Program-made: the position numbers and the translations under genes
The notes under the pieces: generated by a model
The model's input: the letters and a program-made list of their open reading frames with translations, nothing else
Databases searched by the model: none
Told to the model about the DNA's origin: nothing
Assembly: GCA_964276515.1 (NCBI GenBank)
Contig: OZ193909.1
Location: 15,686,001-15,750,000 of the forward strand
Length of the DNA: 64,000 nt
Origin: Gordius albopunctatus
Lineage: Eukaryota
Reading direction: 5' to 3'
Part shown: positions 51,011 to 64,000 of the stretch, piece after piece
Numbering within the stretch: the first letter of the stretch is position 1
Layout: each line of letters opens with the position of its first letter

Positions 51011-51677
51011 CCCTAAAGGTAAGATAGGGGTAGGGTAATAAAATGTAGTTTAACCTTGGCATATAAAAATAAAAGTAATAATGATAAATATGTAGTAAAT
51101 TTTATCAATATTTGTTGAACAAACTACGTCTCCACCCCTCAATCGAATACGTCACATGGGTAAGGAAAACGAATACCCCCACGAAGTATATAACTTTTAT
51201 TATTGATTTTATTTGATAGAGTGGGGAGGGAAACAAAATTACTGTGCTAGGGAAAAGCGAACTTTACAGGATTGGAGCTAGAAGGGGGCAATTATGATTT
51301 AGGTAGGGGTGATTTGATGTTTTTTTTAAAAATATTGATGTTTTCAAATTTGAGGGGGGGGCAGTCGCCACTTTTTGCCTCCCCCTACAATAGTAACTAT
51401 CATTCTTTACTAAATCTTATACATCTACTAACAATCACGGCAATCAATTGTTATTACTCTTGTACTAATACATATTTCTACTTATATTCTAACTTTCCTA
51501 AGCCCACTTCCTGAGTTGTAATAGACGATCTAAATTACAATGTTATACAAATTTGAAAAATTCAAATAAAATTAATGTTCTTTTTGCTTAATTCCAATCA
51601 TATATTTTCAAACATAGCAAATACAAAACGACGGAATATTTTTATGCATTTAGTTAGTAACGCATCTAAAAATATGA

Positions 51678-52680
51678 TTTGCCCTCGCCGGGATTCGAAC
51701 CCACATTAATAGAGGCATAGATTTTTGTAGGGGGGGGGCACAGGGACCCATATCAGTAGAGGCAAGGGCTCTTCTAGGGGAGGACATAAGGTAATTATCA
51801 ATGTCTACCTAATATACAAATTCAAAAACGAAAAAATGTTTATATTCACAATTTGTCCAATGGTCATTTTTTTTTGTTCAGCACCAAGAGACGGTCTATA
51901 AATATATACGAGTCAAAAAAACGAAAAAAAATTTCGAATCACACTTTGGCCACTGGTAATTTTTTTCCATTGGTCAGTACCAAGAGACGGTCTATAAATA
52001 CATACGAGTCAAAAAAAAAATTCGATTTATAATTTGGACAATGGTTATTTTTTCCATTGGTCAGCAGCCAGCGGACGGCCAAAAAGCCATATTATCAATG
52101 GTATTAACAAAAACAATATATTAATTTGAAAAAAACGAAAAAAAAAATTTCGATTCACATTGTGGCCAATGGTCATTTTTATCATTGGTCAGTAGCCAGC
52201 GGACTGTCAAAAAGTCATATTATCCATGGTATTAACAAGAACAAAATACATAAATTGCATAGCAATTAATTAATTTAATTTTTAAAAAAATAAAAATTTT
52301 GCCCTCTCCGGGATTCGAACCCACATCAGTAGAGGCATGGGCATTTTAGGGGCACAGGGACCCATATTAGTAAAGGCATAGGCCCTTGTAGGGTAGGGCA
52401 TAGGGTAATTATCAATGTTAACCAATAAAAAAACGGAAAAAAAATTTCGAATCACAATTTTGCCAATGATCAGTACCCAGAACACCATCAAAAATCATAT
52501 TATCAATGGTATTATTAACAAGAACAAAATATTAATTTAATTTAAAAAAAAATAAAAATTTTTTGTCCTCTCCGGGTATCGAACCAGCAATTCAGAACGT
52601 TCACCGGGATTCCAACCCACATCATTAGAGGCATAGGCTTTTGTAGGGGCACAGGGACCCATAGCAGTAGAGGCATAGGT
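51678..52680 (+). repeat. Third array of the HINE-associated tandem repeat family
   Basis: Same units as 33500-35750, including ccgggattcgaacccacat and cacagggacccatatcagtagaggcatagg. Confidence 0.8.
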
Positions 52681-53822
52681 TACACCTTAAACATCATTTA
52701 TCTAAAAAAACTGGAGGTTTTGGGGAAAAACTAAAAACATATTTGTGATCAGCGCAAAATTCTCTATCAGGATTATTGGTCCAATTGCAGGATGGAATCA
52801 CAAAGTCAAAATTTGTAGACTAGTGTTATTAGGCACAAAGTGAGTTTATACAAATAAATTAAAGCTCAAAATGGATCCGGTAGATTGACAAGAAAATTTT
52901 TAATTTTTACAAAAACGGTATTGCCCCGATCCTAAATAATACCATACATATTTGATTGAAGCTGTCGTTTGGAAAGGTTTTAAATATACGGTATTTTTAA
53001 ATTGCTTGCATTTCATTCATTGTGTATTAATAAATAACAAAATTTAATATAAATGGTCGCTTAGCTGAATTAAACGATTTAATTTTGTTAAAACGAATAA
53101 ATAAAAGAATTATTTACTAAGTCAAGATATATTATATAATTGCTTGGGGGGGGCAAAGGAGCCAGTAGGTGACTATATAGTATGTTGATTTAAAATTTCA
53201 TTTAGCCCTTAATACCTCGTTGTGCAAAATGTAAATTCCAAAATTACTTTTCATATAAATTTTAAAATAAAATGGGGGCGACCTTAATAACTCGAGGAAG
53301 AGCTATAGGTTATTTTTTTAAATAAAATAGTTTATTTAATCATAAAAATACACAATTAAAAATGAAATTTTGATATAAAATAGCTTAACCTATCTCAATG
53401 TATAGGATGATCTGGAGTCTATGTATAATAAAATCGAATATAAATAAATTTTTGTTTTGACATATGAATTGGGCAAAAAGTTAAAAGGCACAAGCTATTT
53501 TTTCAATTATTCTAAAGGTCTATCATATTTGCATCTTGTAATTTAAAAGTGGAATCAAACCCATTTTAACACATAATACTCAAAAACTTTTTTAATCACA
53601 AAGTTTATTAATGCTAGCCATTTATTTTCAATAAACATTTATAGTCAATTATAAGTTAAAATAGTTTAAAACTATAAATTACTGAAATCATATATTGCAA
53701 GTGGTTGCATATAGTATAATTGAGTAAGCAGTAAAATATAAATATATTTATGCTCTAGGGTAAAAACTACACATGGTTTAAAGGGTAAAAAAGCTGTAGG
53801 TGCTACTATATGATGTAAAAAT

Positions 53823-54598
53823 CAGAGTTGTTAAGGAGCGCGCACATCAAGAACGCGCACCGGATTTGCGGTGCGACGTGCTGGTGCGCGCACTTTTTTA
53901 TAACGAAGAGCGAGTGCGGGTGCGCGCACCTGATTAAGTCGGTGCGGGTGCGCAATTGCGCTCCTGTTTTGTGCACATTAAGAGTTTTAAAATTTATTAA
54001 TTTATTCGAAATTGTATTATATCGGATATTTCACAAATTAAATTTCTACTGATTTACTATATATATATAACAAACATCTATGTTCCTGGTGGAGAAGATA
54101 ACAAGGGTGGAAATTGGTTACTATCGATAGTCAATAAAAATAATCTAACCGCAATATTTCAATTTCACATTATTCACGTATTTACTTTATCAATCAACGA
54201 TTAATCTTTACACTTTTGAACCTATCTTTGGTATCGTAAGTTTAATCACATATAATAATCTAATTACAATTAATTTTCATTAAAATATATTAAATTAGTT
54301 AATTAATTTTAATTAACAATTTATATTATTTATTGTATTGGTTATCATAGTACTCCTTATCCAATTTTTTACTCTTTTCTTTTCTCACTGCTTATATATA
54401 ACACTTTAATATGATAGTGAGTTATGGAAATAGAAGAATCAAGCATAAATATAGCAAGCACATCATGCATGACAATTTTGCCATTTCCGAAATATGCCTG
54501 TTTTTTTTAACTTAAAGATAATCAGCATAATACACTTAATATTGAGGTGCAATGTCTTTTATGCGATGCCAAACTCAGGACTTCTTCTAGATCTTCAT
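53823..54598 (+). mobile_element. Probable hAT 5' end with a BED-finger remnant
   Basis: CAG-starting GC-rich terminus with gcgcac repeats. Downstream broken reading MEIEESS...VQCLLCDAKLRTS. Confidence 0.4.
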
Positions 54599-54769
54599 AA
54601 GGGTCAACCATACTTAGGTAAACCCTGCAAAAAATAAAATATTTACAAGAACTTTTTTAATGTCAAATATATTCCATACGTATTAATTTAAACTTAATAC
54701 CTTAAATGTAAATCATGAAAATTAAAATACACAATAATTTTGGTTTTTCCGCATCACTAATTCCACTCA

Positions 54770-55282
54770 TGTTCGGCGATTTGGCGCTCAACGCGTTTTA
54801 AGATTTTTAAAGTCACGATCCTACCAATCCTCCTATAAGGTTGCGAATCTTGGTCGCTGAAGGCTCCTAGCTTAAAGAAACTGCAAGTCAGTCTATATAA
54901 AATGCTACGTATCGTTTGCCGGATATTTTATCCGACGAGAATAACCAAAGAGGATCTATGGGTGCGCTGCAAAATCGCTCCAATTAAAAAAATTCTACTC
55001 GCGAGAAAATGGGGTTTTTGGGCACATCAAGTACGAAGGAAGGGAACCAACTACTGTCTATCTACCCTGTTTTGGTGTCCACCCCAGCTAAAAGGCCGCA
55101 AATGCAATGGCAGCTGTGTTTACAAGGTGTTCCACGATGTCCAAACACAGGGTCAGGATTGGAATTCATTGCTGCCCATCATGCAAGACAGTAAACCTTG
55201 GAAAGACCTCTCAAGGAACAAATTATTGCAGCTCCCCCTTAAGGATCTTCACACACATTATTCATTACGACCTTATCATTAA
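54770..55282 (+). mobile_element. 5'-truncated RTE-like non-LTR fragment (paralog of 16605-17120)
   Basis: KIFKVTILPILL*GCESWSL, followed by ORF 54902-55282. Confidence 0.75.
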
Positions 55283-56177
55283 AGGCTTTACATTACTTTT
55301 AAGTCAATAGGTATTACATATTTACATATCATAATTACTGTGGCATTAGGCCAATTTTTATTTTTAGTAATTTTTATTACCGTGGCAATGATTTGCCCTT
55401 TTTGATTTGCAAAATTAAAATTACCCTTGGATTTTATGGATCTCGTTTGGCTGTTCAAGGCAACGTATTTATTAATAGATTTTGGAATCACGATGATTGT
55501 TATTTTCGCTATTTGTTAGTTTATTGTTATTTTCGCTGTTTATTATTATTTTTTGTTCGCCATCTTGATTTACGCCTAATCTTATTACCTCACCCATGAT
55601 CTCCTTGTTATGTAAATAACTGTTGATATATCACCTCTCCCATGATCTCTTTTTGATGTGAATAACTTTTGATATATCATTATTGTTACTACTTTAAATA
55701 CGGGATGTTTTAATGAATTTTAAGTTGAAATAAATTTTATCTTGTAAGTTGAAATAAATTTTATCTGGGAAGTTGAAATAAATTTTATCTGAGTGTACTT
55801 TCTAGTAATTGTTACTTATCCAATAATTACATTGCATATTAATCATTTTGTTACAGCATATTTACACACGTTATCACTAACATGGCCCGATGCGCCATTT
55901 GGCGTTAGAAGGGGCTCAACCTTAGATTGCACTAACTAAGCTCTTGGGCGTTTTCGCGGGAAACATGAAATTTCACGCTTCATCAATTTTAAAATGTCGA
56001 TACAAAATAAGTTAATAAAGTTAGGTTGCATATATTAGATTATTATTCCTATTTTAAGTTGTTTTTTTATTAATTTTGCAAAGATATGATTAAATTTTAA
56101 ACACAATGAGTCATACATATAGCTAATATAACAACCCATTGCCATTTTTATGAGTTTTATAATATATATATAGAACA

Positions 56178-59100
56178 ATGAATTGTATAAATAATTTGAA
56201 TTTCCAAAATCAATCCATGAAGCAAGCATCATATATGGATATTGATAAAGGTCTTCCTATGCAAATTAGAAAAGAGCAAACCTTACAATGGCAGCAAAGT
56301 CATTATCATGGAGATTCTGGAATTCAGACTAAAATGAATACAAGGGTATATATTTTCAAGTTTTTTGCTCCATGTTCTAAGTTTATTTTATTTATGTTCC
56401 TTAACTTTTAATGTATCTTTATTTTTTTATTAGGCCCCTTCTATTTCTGGCCTCACTCATATGGATGATGGCATACAACATGATCATGTTCAACAACCCT
56501 ATAATAATTATGGAATGAATATGGGTGGGAATATTGGGCAAAACTTTGATTGGGGACAAGGTAAATTTTTCTAAGCCCTATTTTTAGAAAAAAATTTATA
56601 TTTGTAGGACATTTTTAAGTTAATTACTTTATAAAAATTGACTTGCTTTAAAATCTATATTGAGCCAATCAAAATAAAATAATGATTAAACTTCAACAGA
56701 GATTAAGACTTTATAATTTGAGACATCTGATTTAAAATAGGACTATGGTTGGTGTGTTAATTTTTTCCATCCTAATAGTGTTTTAAAATTACAAATTGGA
56801 TTCATTTTTAAATTTATTGTTTAATCACATAAATATATGATATTTTAGATATAAATCATGTTTTGAATCAAAATCGTTGTCAATGCATAAGAGCAGCCAT
56901 GTTTCAAGAAACTATGGATGAAGGGGTTGAAATAACATCAACACAATCTGATATGGAAGAACCTACGGCTGTTAAAAGACCTTCTGAGCCTAGCCAGATA
57001 TTGAAACATGCAGTGGGCAATTTGAAAAATTATCTAGTAAATAAACTTGACTCTTTTAAAATTTTAATTTTGTCACTGAAAATTATAACTATTTTAAAGT
57101 AATACTAAAAACCATTTTTAGTATCTTTTATAGAATGAAGTTAAAGTTTTCATATAATGCTTAATTTGCAATGTTAATCAGGGGTTTGTCCTGAAAGGTT
57201 TTTAGTTGGTGTGACATAACAAATTGAGATAATTTGCATACCCTGCCCTCATATGGATGGATTCTATTCAGCTGTCTTTAAAATTTAGGTCCCGCTGCTA
57301 TTTAATCCAGTAAAGTATTTATAAATTTAAAGGTTGTATTTTGTAGCAATTTAACAAAATCTACCTTTTTTTAATTTTTTATAGTTTATTTTAAAAGAGT
57401 ATTATTATTTACTATGTTAAAATGGTATAATCACAAATATCCATGTAAATTGGTAAAATATCTGGCAGTATCTAACTAATATTGCTATTAACCTAATACC
57501 AATAATGTATGCATAGCTTTAAGAGTTTGTGCAAATAATATTAAACAATCAAAAATAAAGATGCTTAATCTCAGAGTATTCTTTATTAGTCTTAATCAAT
57601 CAAAGAAGTCTCTTTATGCTATATGCGTGTGGCTTACTTACAGACTTAAAGTGTATAAAAACATTGAATGTATAAAAGCGCACAACGATCTATAATTAAC
57701 AGCTTTCTACTAAGCTTACAATTTTTAAATCTTACATTTTCGGTTTACAAACAAAGTGTTATTGTAGTTATCTCCCCAAAATGTGTGTAACGAATCAGAG
57801 AAAAACGTATTATTCCATTTAAAATGAAATTACAAGGAAAAGGACATAATTGAACTAGTTCATCACAAATATATTATTTAAAATAAATTTATAAGCCGAG
57901 TTTATTGTTTGTATATGCATCAACAATTTGACGTGCATTGTCTTCGCTGTGTTAATCATGCAGGCATACAGTACCCGCGCATTTTTGATTTTAAAAACAC
58001 AAAAAAACTTGCTTGTTTTATTGTCAGCACTTAGTAAGATTTAGTTAATTAATGTAATTTATAAAAGCCTGTAAAGATGGATATCAATAGTGATTCGGGT
58101 ATTTGCTCTGAAGTAGATAAATGGAGGTGCATACACACAATGGCTTAGATTTCTTAGATATAAGACATGATAATTCTAAAAAATGGGTTCGGGTTCTATA
58201 AAACATCGGGTTTTACCCGGTTCGGGACAAACCCTTGCCTACAATTGTTTAGATTTCTAACAAAGACACTAAATTATTTATCAAACTGATGATTGCTGTT
58301 ATTGTAAAAATATTATTTAAACTTCGTAAGAATCACCAAGTTATAGCATTACATGAATCCTTTCCATTTGAGCAAGGGGCTTGTGTTAAAAAATCTCATT
58401 TTATAATTTAATACAAGAAGACCTAGATTCTAATGATTTCAGAATTATTTACTACCATCGTTTTCAATTGCGGGGGCGTGCAGGCCCGATCGCGAAGAAA
58501 TCACCGAAACCGCTGTTTATCGTTTTATATTGACCCCGTCCCCTTACTTGCAAATGCCTATCACATCCACCAAAAATATTGTAGTGTAATAACATGTAAT
58601 AAAATGCCACTCTTTTCATGTTTTTTCCCCAAAAACTCAAGCGCATGAAATACAGGCCTTGGCTTTATTCATAGAAATAGGCGAGCGATCCCCTCCCTTT
58701 AAATATTCCCCCGCATTTTTACTCAAACAATCGGTAGGAAATTTATTCGCAAAATTTAATTTCAAATCTTTTTTAGATTCCTGGCCTCTTCTAAAAGACC
58801 AAGATGAAGACATAGCAGATATCACTTATATAATGTTTTTTATATCATATTATTATTATATAATTGTAGGATTTTTTATTATAATTAGATATATAACTAT
58901 AAACTTTCATTTTTAACTTTGTAAAAAATATTACAAAGCGATCAGTAATTTATTAAGTTATTTTTATTAAATACATTTCTCTAGGTGTGTGCCCTGAGAC
59001 ACTTAACTACCCGACACCCGGAATCTGAGAAGGCGCAAAATGCTGTTAGAATCCATAATGGGATCCCGATTTTGGTGAAACATTTGAACCCGCCCAGCTC

Positions 59101-62100
59101 TTGGCCATTCATAAAAGTAACATTTTAGGAAATATCACTACTACTCATAGTTTCCAAATTGCATCCGGGTTTTTTACAAGTTTGCTCCGCTTTAATGAAC
59201 TAAATTACACATTTTTTAGTAATCGCAAAGTTATTATAATCAACCTTGTATCATTTGAGATAGTTTGTCTGAGTAGAAAATACTTGTTTTCTTAATGATT
59301 ATCAATGTCAATGTTATAAAAGTGTTGAGAAAACCATTTTCTTTAGCCCCGCGCTTGCTGTGTACATATGTTATTTCAAAAATTATTGATGTCGATATAA
59401 AAACCCCGGGATGTATATCCTTAATTTTCTGTGCTGTGCCTCGTGACTGTGTTTAGGCTGTTATCAGAACTGTTATCAGAGTTATCAGAAATTTGGCTTG
59501 CTGCCCCTCGAATCACCCAACCCTGCGAGAACAAGGGACTATGACCAAGTTGGCTCAGATTTGTATGCACGCCAAGCAAAATTCTTCCAAGGTAAACTCC
59601 CTAAATTACTTTATATGGCTTAACTTATAATATTGAGTAAGGGTGGACGACGCCATCTTTGATGTCTTTCCTACATTACCCAATCGTGACGTCTATATTT
59701 TGAATGTTGCGCGGTTTTCATAAAACCGTAAATTATAGACACGTATTAGGCGTTTTTGAATAGGAAATTCGAGAATTATCCAAACATATTTGATATATTT
59801 ACACTTTTTGAAAAGCACATAAAGTTCTGTCAAGCGATTTGTCGCGGCTTTAGGTTGTTAGTTATTCGTGCGAAGTTAATTTAAATGCCAGATTTTTCGC
59901 CATGTTCGTTAAAATAGCCAAAATTGTTGAAATCCATTATAAACCTCACTTTGGGCGATTAAAATTTTTCCTAACTCTTCGATTTTTTTTGGCAAATTCC
60001 AAATTGTCAATAAGACAAACATACGGATCCAAACGTAACCTTACTTTAGCAATGACCTCGCATGTAGTATGTTGAATTTACATCTTTCATACTCTCGATG
60101 AAATATACACATATTGAAAGTTGTGTTGTAAACTAACGCGGACAAGACAAACAGGATAGGACTGGTAATTAAAATTATTTTTTTTGAAAATAAATATGTA
60201 TGCAGAAATCTTTGCCCAACCAAGCAGGGCAACAGCAGTGTAAGCAACCGGGCAAAGAACAGCAAAATTCTCCGCTCATCATGGACGAGATTATGGAGGC
60301 TTCCATGGATGCGATGGACGTATTGACTTTAATACGAGAACTCAAAATCATACCCATCTCCGTGAAGGTACGGTATACTCACTTTCGCACGCCCCCCCCA
60401 CCCCATTTGACGGTTTTGAAACGCATCATGGTTCATAGATGAGATTTGAAGTTTTGGGGGCCTTCATTTGCGATAAGTAAATATCGACATGGAGAAGTAA
60501 TCGATATTTATTGATTTTGCACCTAAATTATCCAGTATAAACTCGTGTTCTTCAGCTTGACGAATTATTAAATATAATTGTCGAGTTACTTTTGGCATAA
60601 ATTAAACTGGAGCGGGCCGCGCTGCTTGATTTGGACTTATAATTTTGTTTGGTTTTTGCCTACCCCATACCTGTTTATAGACGATTGGTCGTTAAGATGT
60701 ATAGTCTTTTTCAAATAAATGTGTTATGTTGATAGTTTTGGATTCAATAACTTTCAAATTAATCGGTAAAAATTTTATTTAATAGATTTAATTCGTCGAT
60801 AAAATTGTTAAAAATGTATTCACAAGTTTTTTTAATCGTAACACATTAACTTTTTAAATTATAGACAAAATTAACTTATCCCTATCTATTTACATTGAAA
60901 ATCTTACCCCAAACTTGAGGTCTCCCTCCCTTCTCTTTAACACTAGGAATTAAGACTCTACTACTCTACTACCACTGCTGTCAAGTATCAATCTATCTTA
61001 TTCACCCCTTCGCATATTCGCTTATGCAGAATATTTCATAAACCATTTTTTGCGGTATTTATTTTTTTGTCGCGCGGCAATAAAGTTATACATTTCGGTG
61101 AAATGTAAAAGTAATGTTGCTTTATCGATCGATCGATTTTGTTTTGCCTAGCTCTTGTATTCGGACATCGAGGACTTACAAAGAGTGGCGGCAGGTGTGC
61201 TTTGTGAATTGGCCGCTCAAAAGGAGTTTGTCGAACTTATTAAACGAGAAGGGGCCACCACACCCCTAACCGATCTTTTGCATTCTCCCAACGAAGATGT
61301 TGGTAAGTTTAATGCTCAATAATTTTTATTCAAATGCTCAGTAATTTAAAGGGATTCACGCTGACGTAAGAGTTGACACGTATAGAGTGAGCGTTCGAAA
61401 ACTTAGAAAATCTTTTAGGTTGGAAAATGTATTTTGCAGGCAGAATGTCTATTGCTGGCGAAGGGAAAGGCTTGGCGTGTAATTATACGGAGGGGTCGCA
61501 TGTTTATCGGTTTTGGCAGCGCGCCCAGTAGCTCTCTAAGTTGTCCAAAATTTAATGAGACAAGAGGTGGCAGGAGAAATTATGTATGTAGTTGTTCTCT
61601 TAATGAAGTATTTTTGTCATTGTCAGCAGAATCCATCATAGGCCCAAAATTGTTAGGGAATCGTAAAAATCATAGCGATACTGAGAGATAACTTATTAAA
61701 GAAGACGTGTGCTATAGTTTATTTAAACTCGACCTCACCGGCGTCGTTAATTATGGTCCAGCCTTAGTTTTTGCTCATTTTTGTATATGCCACCTCAAAA
61801 TATGTATTTATATAATTATGTGAAAATTGTACTGTTTTAAATCGACTTTTGGTTTTAGTCAACATAAACATACCAGAATCTACCGTTGGTCTTAGTTGAA
61901 CCTAGGGTTGACCAAACAAAGCCCCCATCCATTTTTGCAAAATTTATTTCATTAAATTTTAATGTTTTCCTTGTAAACGCAAACAATTGTAGCGACGTAC
62001 GCGGCAGCCTTGCAATTTAGGATGTCCGAGCATAAACCTCAAGATTACAAGAAGAGACAATCCTTGGAGCTACACACTTCCCTCTTCAATACCCACACCC

Positions 62101-64000
62101 TCTCTGGCACCAACAATAACAGTAACAATCCCAATAACATCAACGGAGCCCCTCAGCATGGGCGGTATGAACTGGGGAAGGTAATGGGCATTAATTCCTC
62201 TATTTCTCCGCGCCATTTTGGCTATAATTCCACTTTTCTTGAGTTTTTTGAGTGTATGCGTGTGTTTTAAGATTGACATGATTTTTGCATTAAGATTTCC
62301 AAAAATTAAGGAAACTGTCGCGATTGAACGTATTTGTTTTGTTTTATATGTTTTAAGTAGGGTTTTTAGATGCGGGTGCCGAATTTTAACACTTACCAGA
62401 TAGACTGGCCCTAGCGGATTTTGTCTCTTTTTCCAATAACTGCTATAACTTTTGGCTTTTTACAAACTTAGCACTCCTCACTATACTTGGAGACATTGAC
62501 GTAGCTAGGGGAGGGGCGGCTGCCAACCTCTAAATTATGGCTAAAATTTTAAAAATGCAAGTTATTAGTGGCCCCTTTAATTCGAATGCTCGCCACGCCC
62601 TTGCTAGGAGATATATGAATATTAAATTTTCAAATTAAGCGAGAGACGGTATAAGGCAGCAAAAAGTAAAATATACGAAAAACATGTTTGACGTGGTTGT
62701 GTGCTTCTTTTAAAATTTTACCTAATTTTTTTCCGGTTACACACATTTTAACAGAGGGTGGATTCTTGATAACTCGCTATTTGCATAGTTTTTATCTAGA
62801 TATACCCACAAAAGGTCGTTGGTGAGTGTGTCCTAGTTGAATTTTTCAGGCTTTTCGCCTTTACCGTTCCTATGTAGATCCTCTCCTCTTATATTTTTGC
62901 ATTCCCTTCAAAATTCTCCCTACCCATAAAATACAAAGTGTATTTTGTATAAATTTAATGGGAATACTAGCTATTTACATTGACAATCTTACCCCAAACT
63001 TGAGGTCTCCCTCCCTTCTCTTTAACACTAGGAATTAAGAATCTACTACTACCACTGCTGTCAAATATCAATCTATCTTATTCACCCCTTCGCATATTCG
63101 CTTATTTGGAATATTTCATAAACCATTTTTTGCGGTATTTATATTTTTGTCGCGCGGCAATACTATATATACATCTCGGTGAAATGTAAAAATAGTGTTT
63201 TTTTATCGATCGATCGATTTTGTTTTGTCTAGCTCTTGTATTCGGACATCGAGAACATACAAAGAATGGCGGTAGCTGTGCTTTATGAATTGGCCTCTGA
63301 AAAGGAGTTTGTCGAACTGATTAAACAAGAAGGGGCCACCGCACCCCTAACAAATCTTTTGCATTCTCCCGATAGAGGTGTTGGTAAGTTTAAAGCTCAA
63401 TAATTTTGATTCAAATGCTCAGTAATTTAAAGGGATTGACGCTGACGTAAGAGTTCACACGTATAAAGTGAGCGTTCGAAAACTTAGAAAATCTTTTAGG
63501 TTTGAAAATGTATTTTGCAGGCAGAATGTCTATTGCTGGCGAAGGAAAAGGCTTGGCGTGTAATTATACGGAGGAGTCGCATATTTATCGGTTTTGGCAG
63601 GACGCCCAGGAGCTCTCTAAGTTGTCCAAAATTTAATGAGACAAGAGGTGGCAGGAGAAATTATGTATGTAGTTGTTCTCTTAATGACGTATTTTTGTCG
63701 TTGTCAGCAGAATCCATCATAGGCCCAAAATTGTTAGGGAATCGTAAAAATCATAGCGATACTGAGAGATAACTTATTAAAGAAGACGTGTGTTATAGTT
63801 TATTTAAACTCGACCTCACCGGCGTCGTTAATTTTTGCTCATTTTTGTATATGTCACCTCAAAATATGTATTTATATAATTATGTGAAAATTGTAGTGTT
63901 GTTAATCGACTTTTGGTTTTAGTCAACATAAGCATACCAAAATCTACCGTTGGTCTTAGTTGAACCTAGGGTTGACCAAACAAAGCCCCCATCCCTTTTT
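56178..64000 (+). CDS. ctnnb1: Beta-catenin/armadillo-like gene, copy B (runs off the window)
   Basis: Exons 56178-56345, 56434-56560, 56849-57036, (58443-58514), 58985-59116, 59457-59591, 60206-60367, 61152-61302, 61993-62180, 63233-63383. All are GT-AG and open; structure matches copy A. Confidence 0.9.

Larger units (their letters stand above)
54745..64000. repeat. Right arm of a large inverted segmental duplication (left arm ~2630-17140)
   Basis: Reverse-complement colinearity of exons, introns and ORF-track entries, with copy-specific insertions. Confidence 0.95.

Noticed and set aside
48622..54759. One 6-kb hAT element bounded by tagtgatgcggaaaa TIRs
   Set aside because: The flanks (cccatctc vs attccact) are not a TSD, and the interior is a mosaic of separate repeats.

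Overview
AT-rich, intron-containing invertebrate (protostome-type) genomic DNA that is dense in transposons. The host content is three diverged copies of a beta-catenin/armadillo gene. Copy A is on the minus strand (~97-15990). Copy B is on the plus strand (~55890 to the window end) and is an inverted duplicate of A. Copy C is a 3' fragment on the plus strand (17114-24713). A and B keep the N-terminal phosphodegron and ARM8-12, carry a frame-preserving tandem duplication of two exons, and show no recognisable exons for ARM1-7. The rest is nested mobile DNA: three Gypsy elements (one near-intact, with identical 90-bp LTRs), hAT elements and MITEs, piggyBac, Helitron and HINE-like elements, and RTE and CRE-like non-LTR fragments. 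The most unusual content is two related small reverse-transcribing elements (9068-13419, interrupted by a hAT, and 18792-20654). Each encodes only an ORF1 and an RT-RNase H; I see no integrase, tyrosine recombinase, protease or terminal repeats. Each is integrated as a circularly permuted monomer opened at a different position, which points to a circular, pararetrovirus-like replicon of about 2.7 kb.
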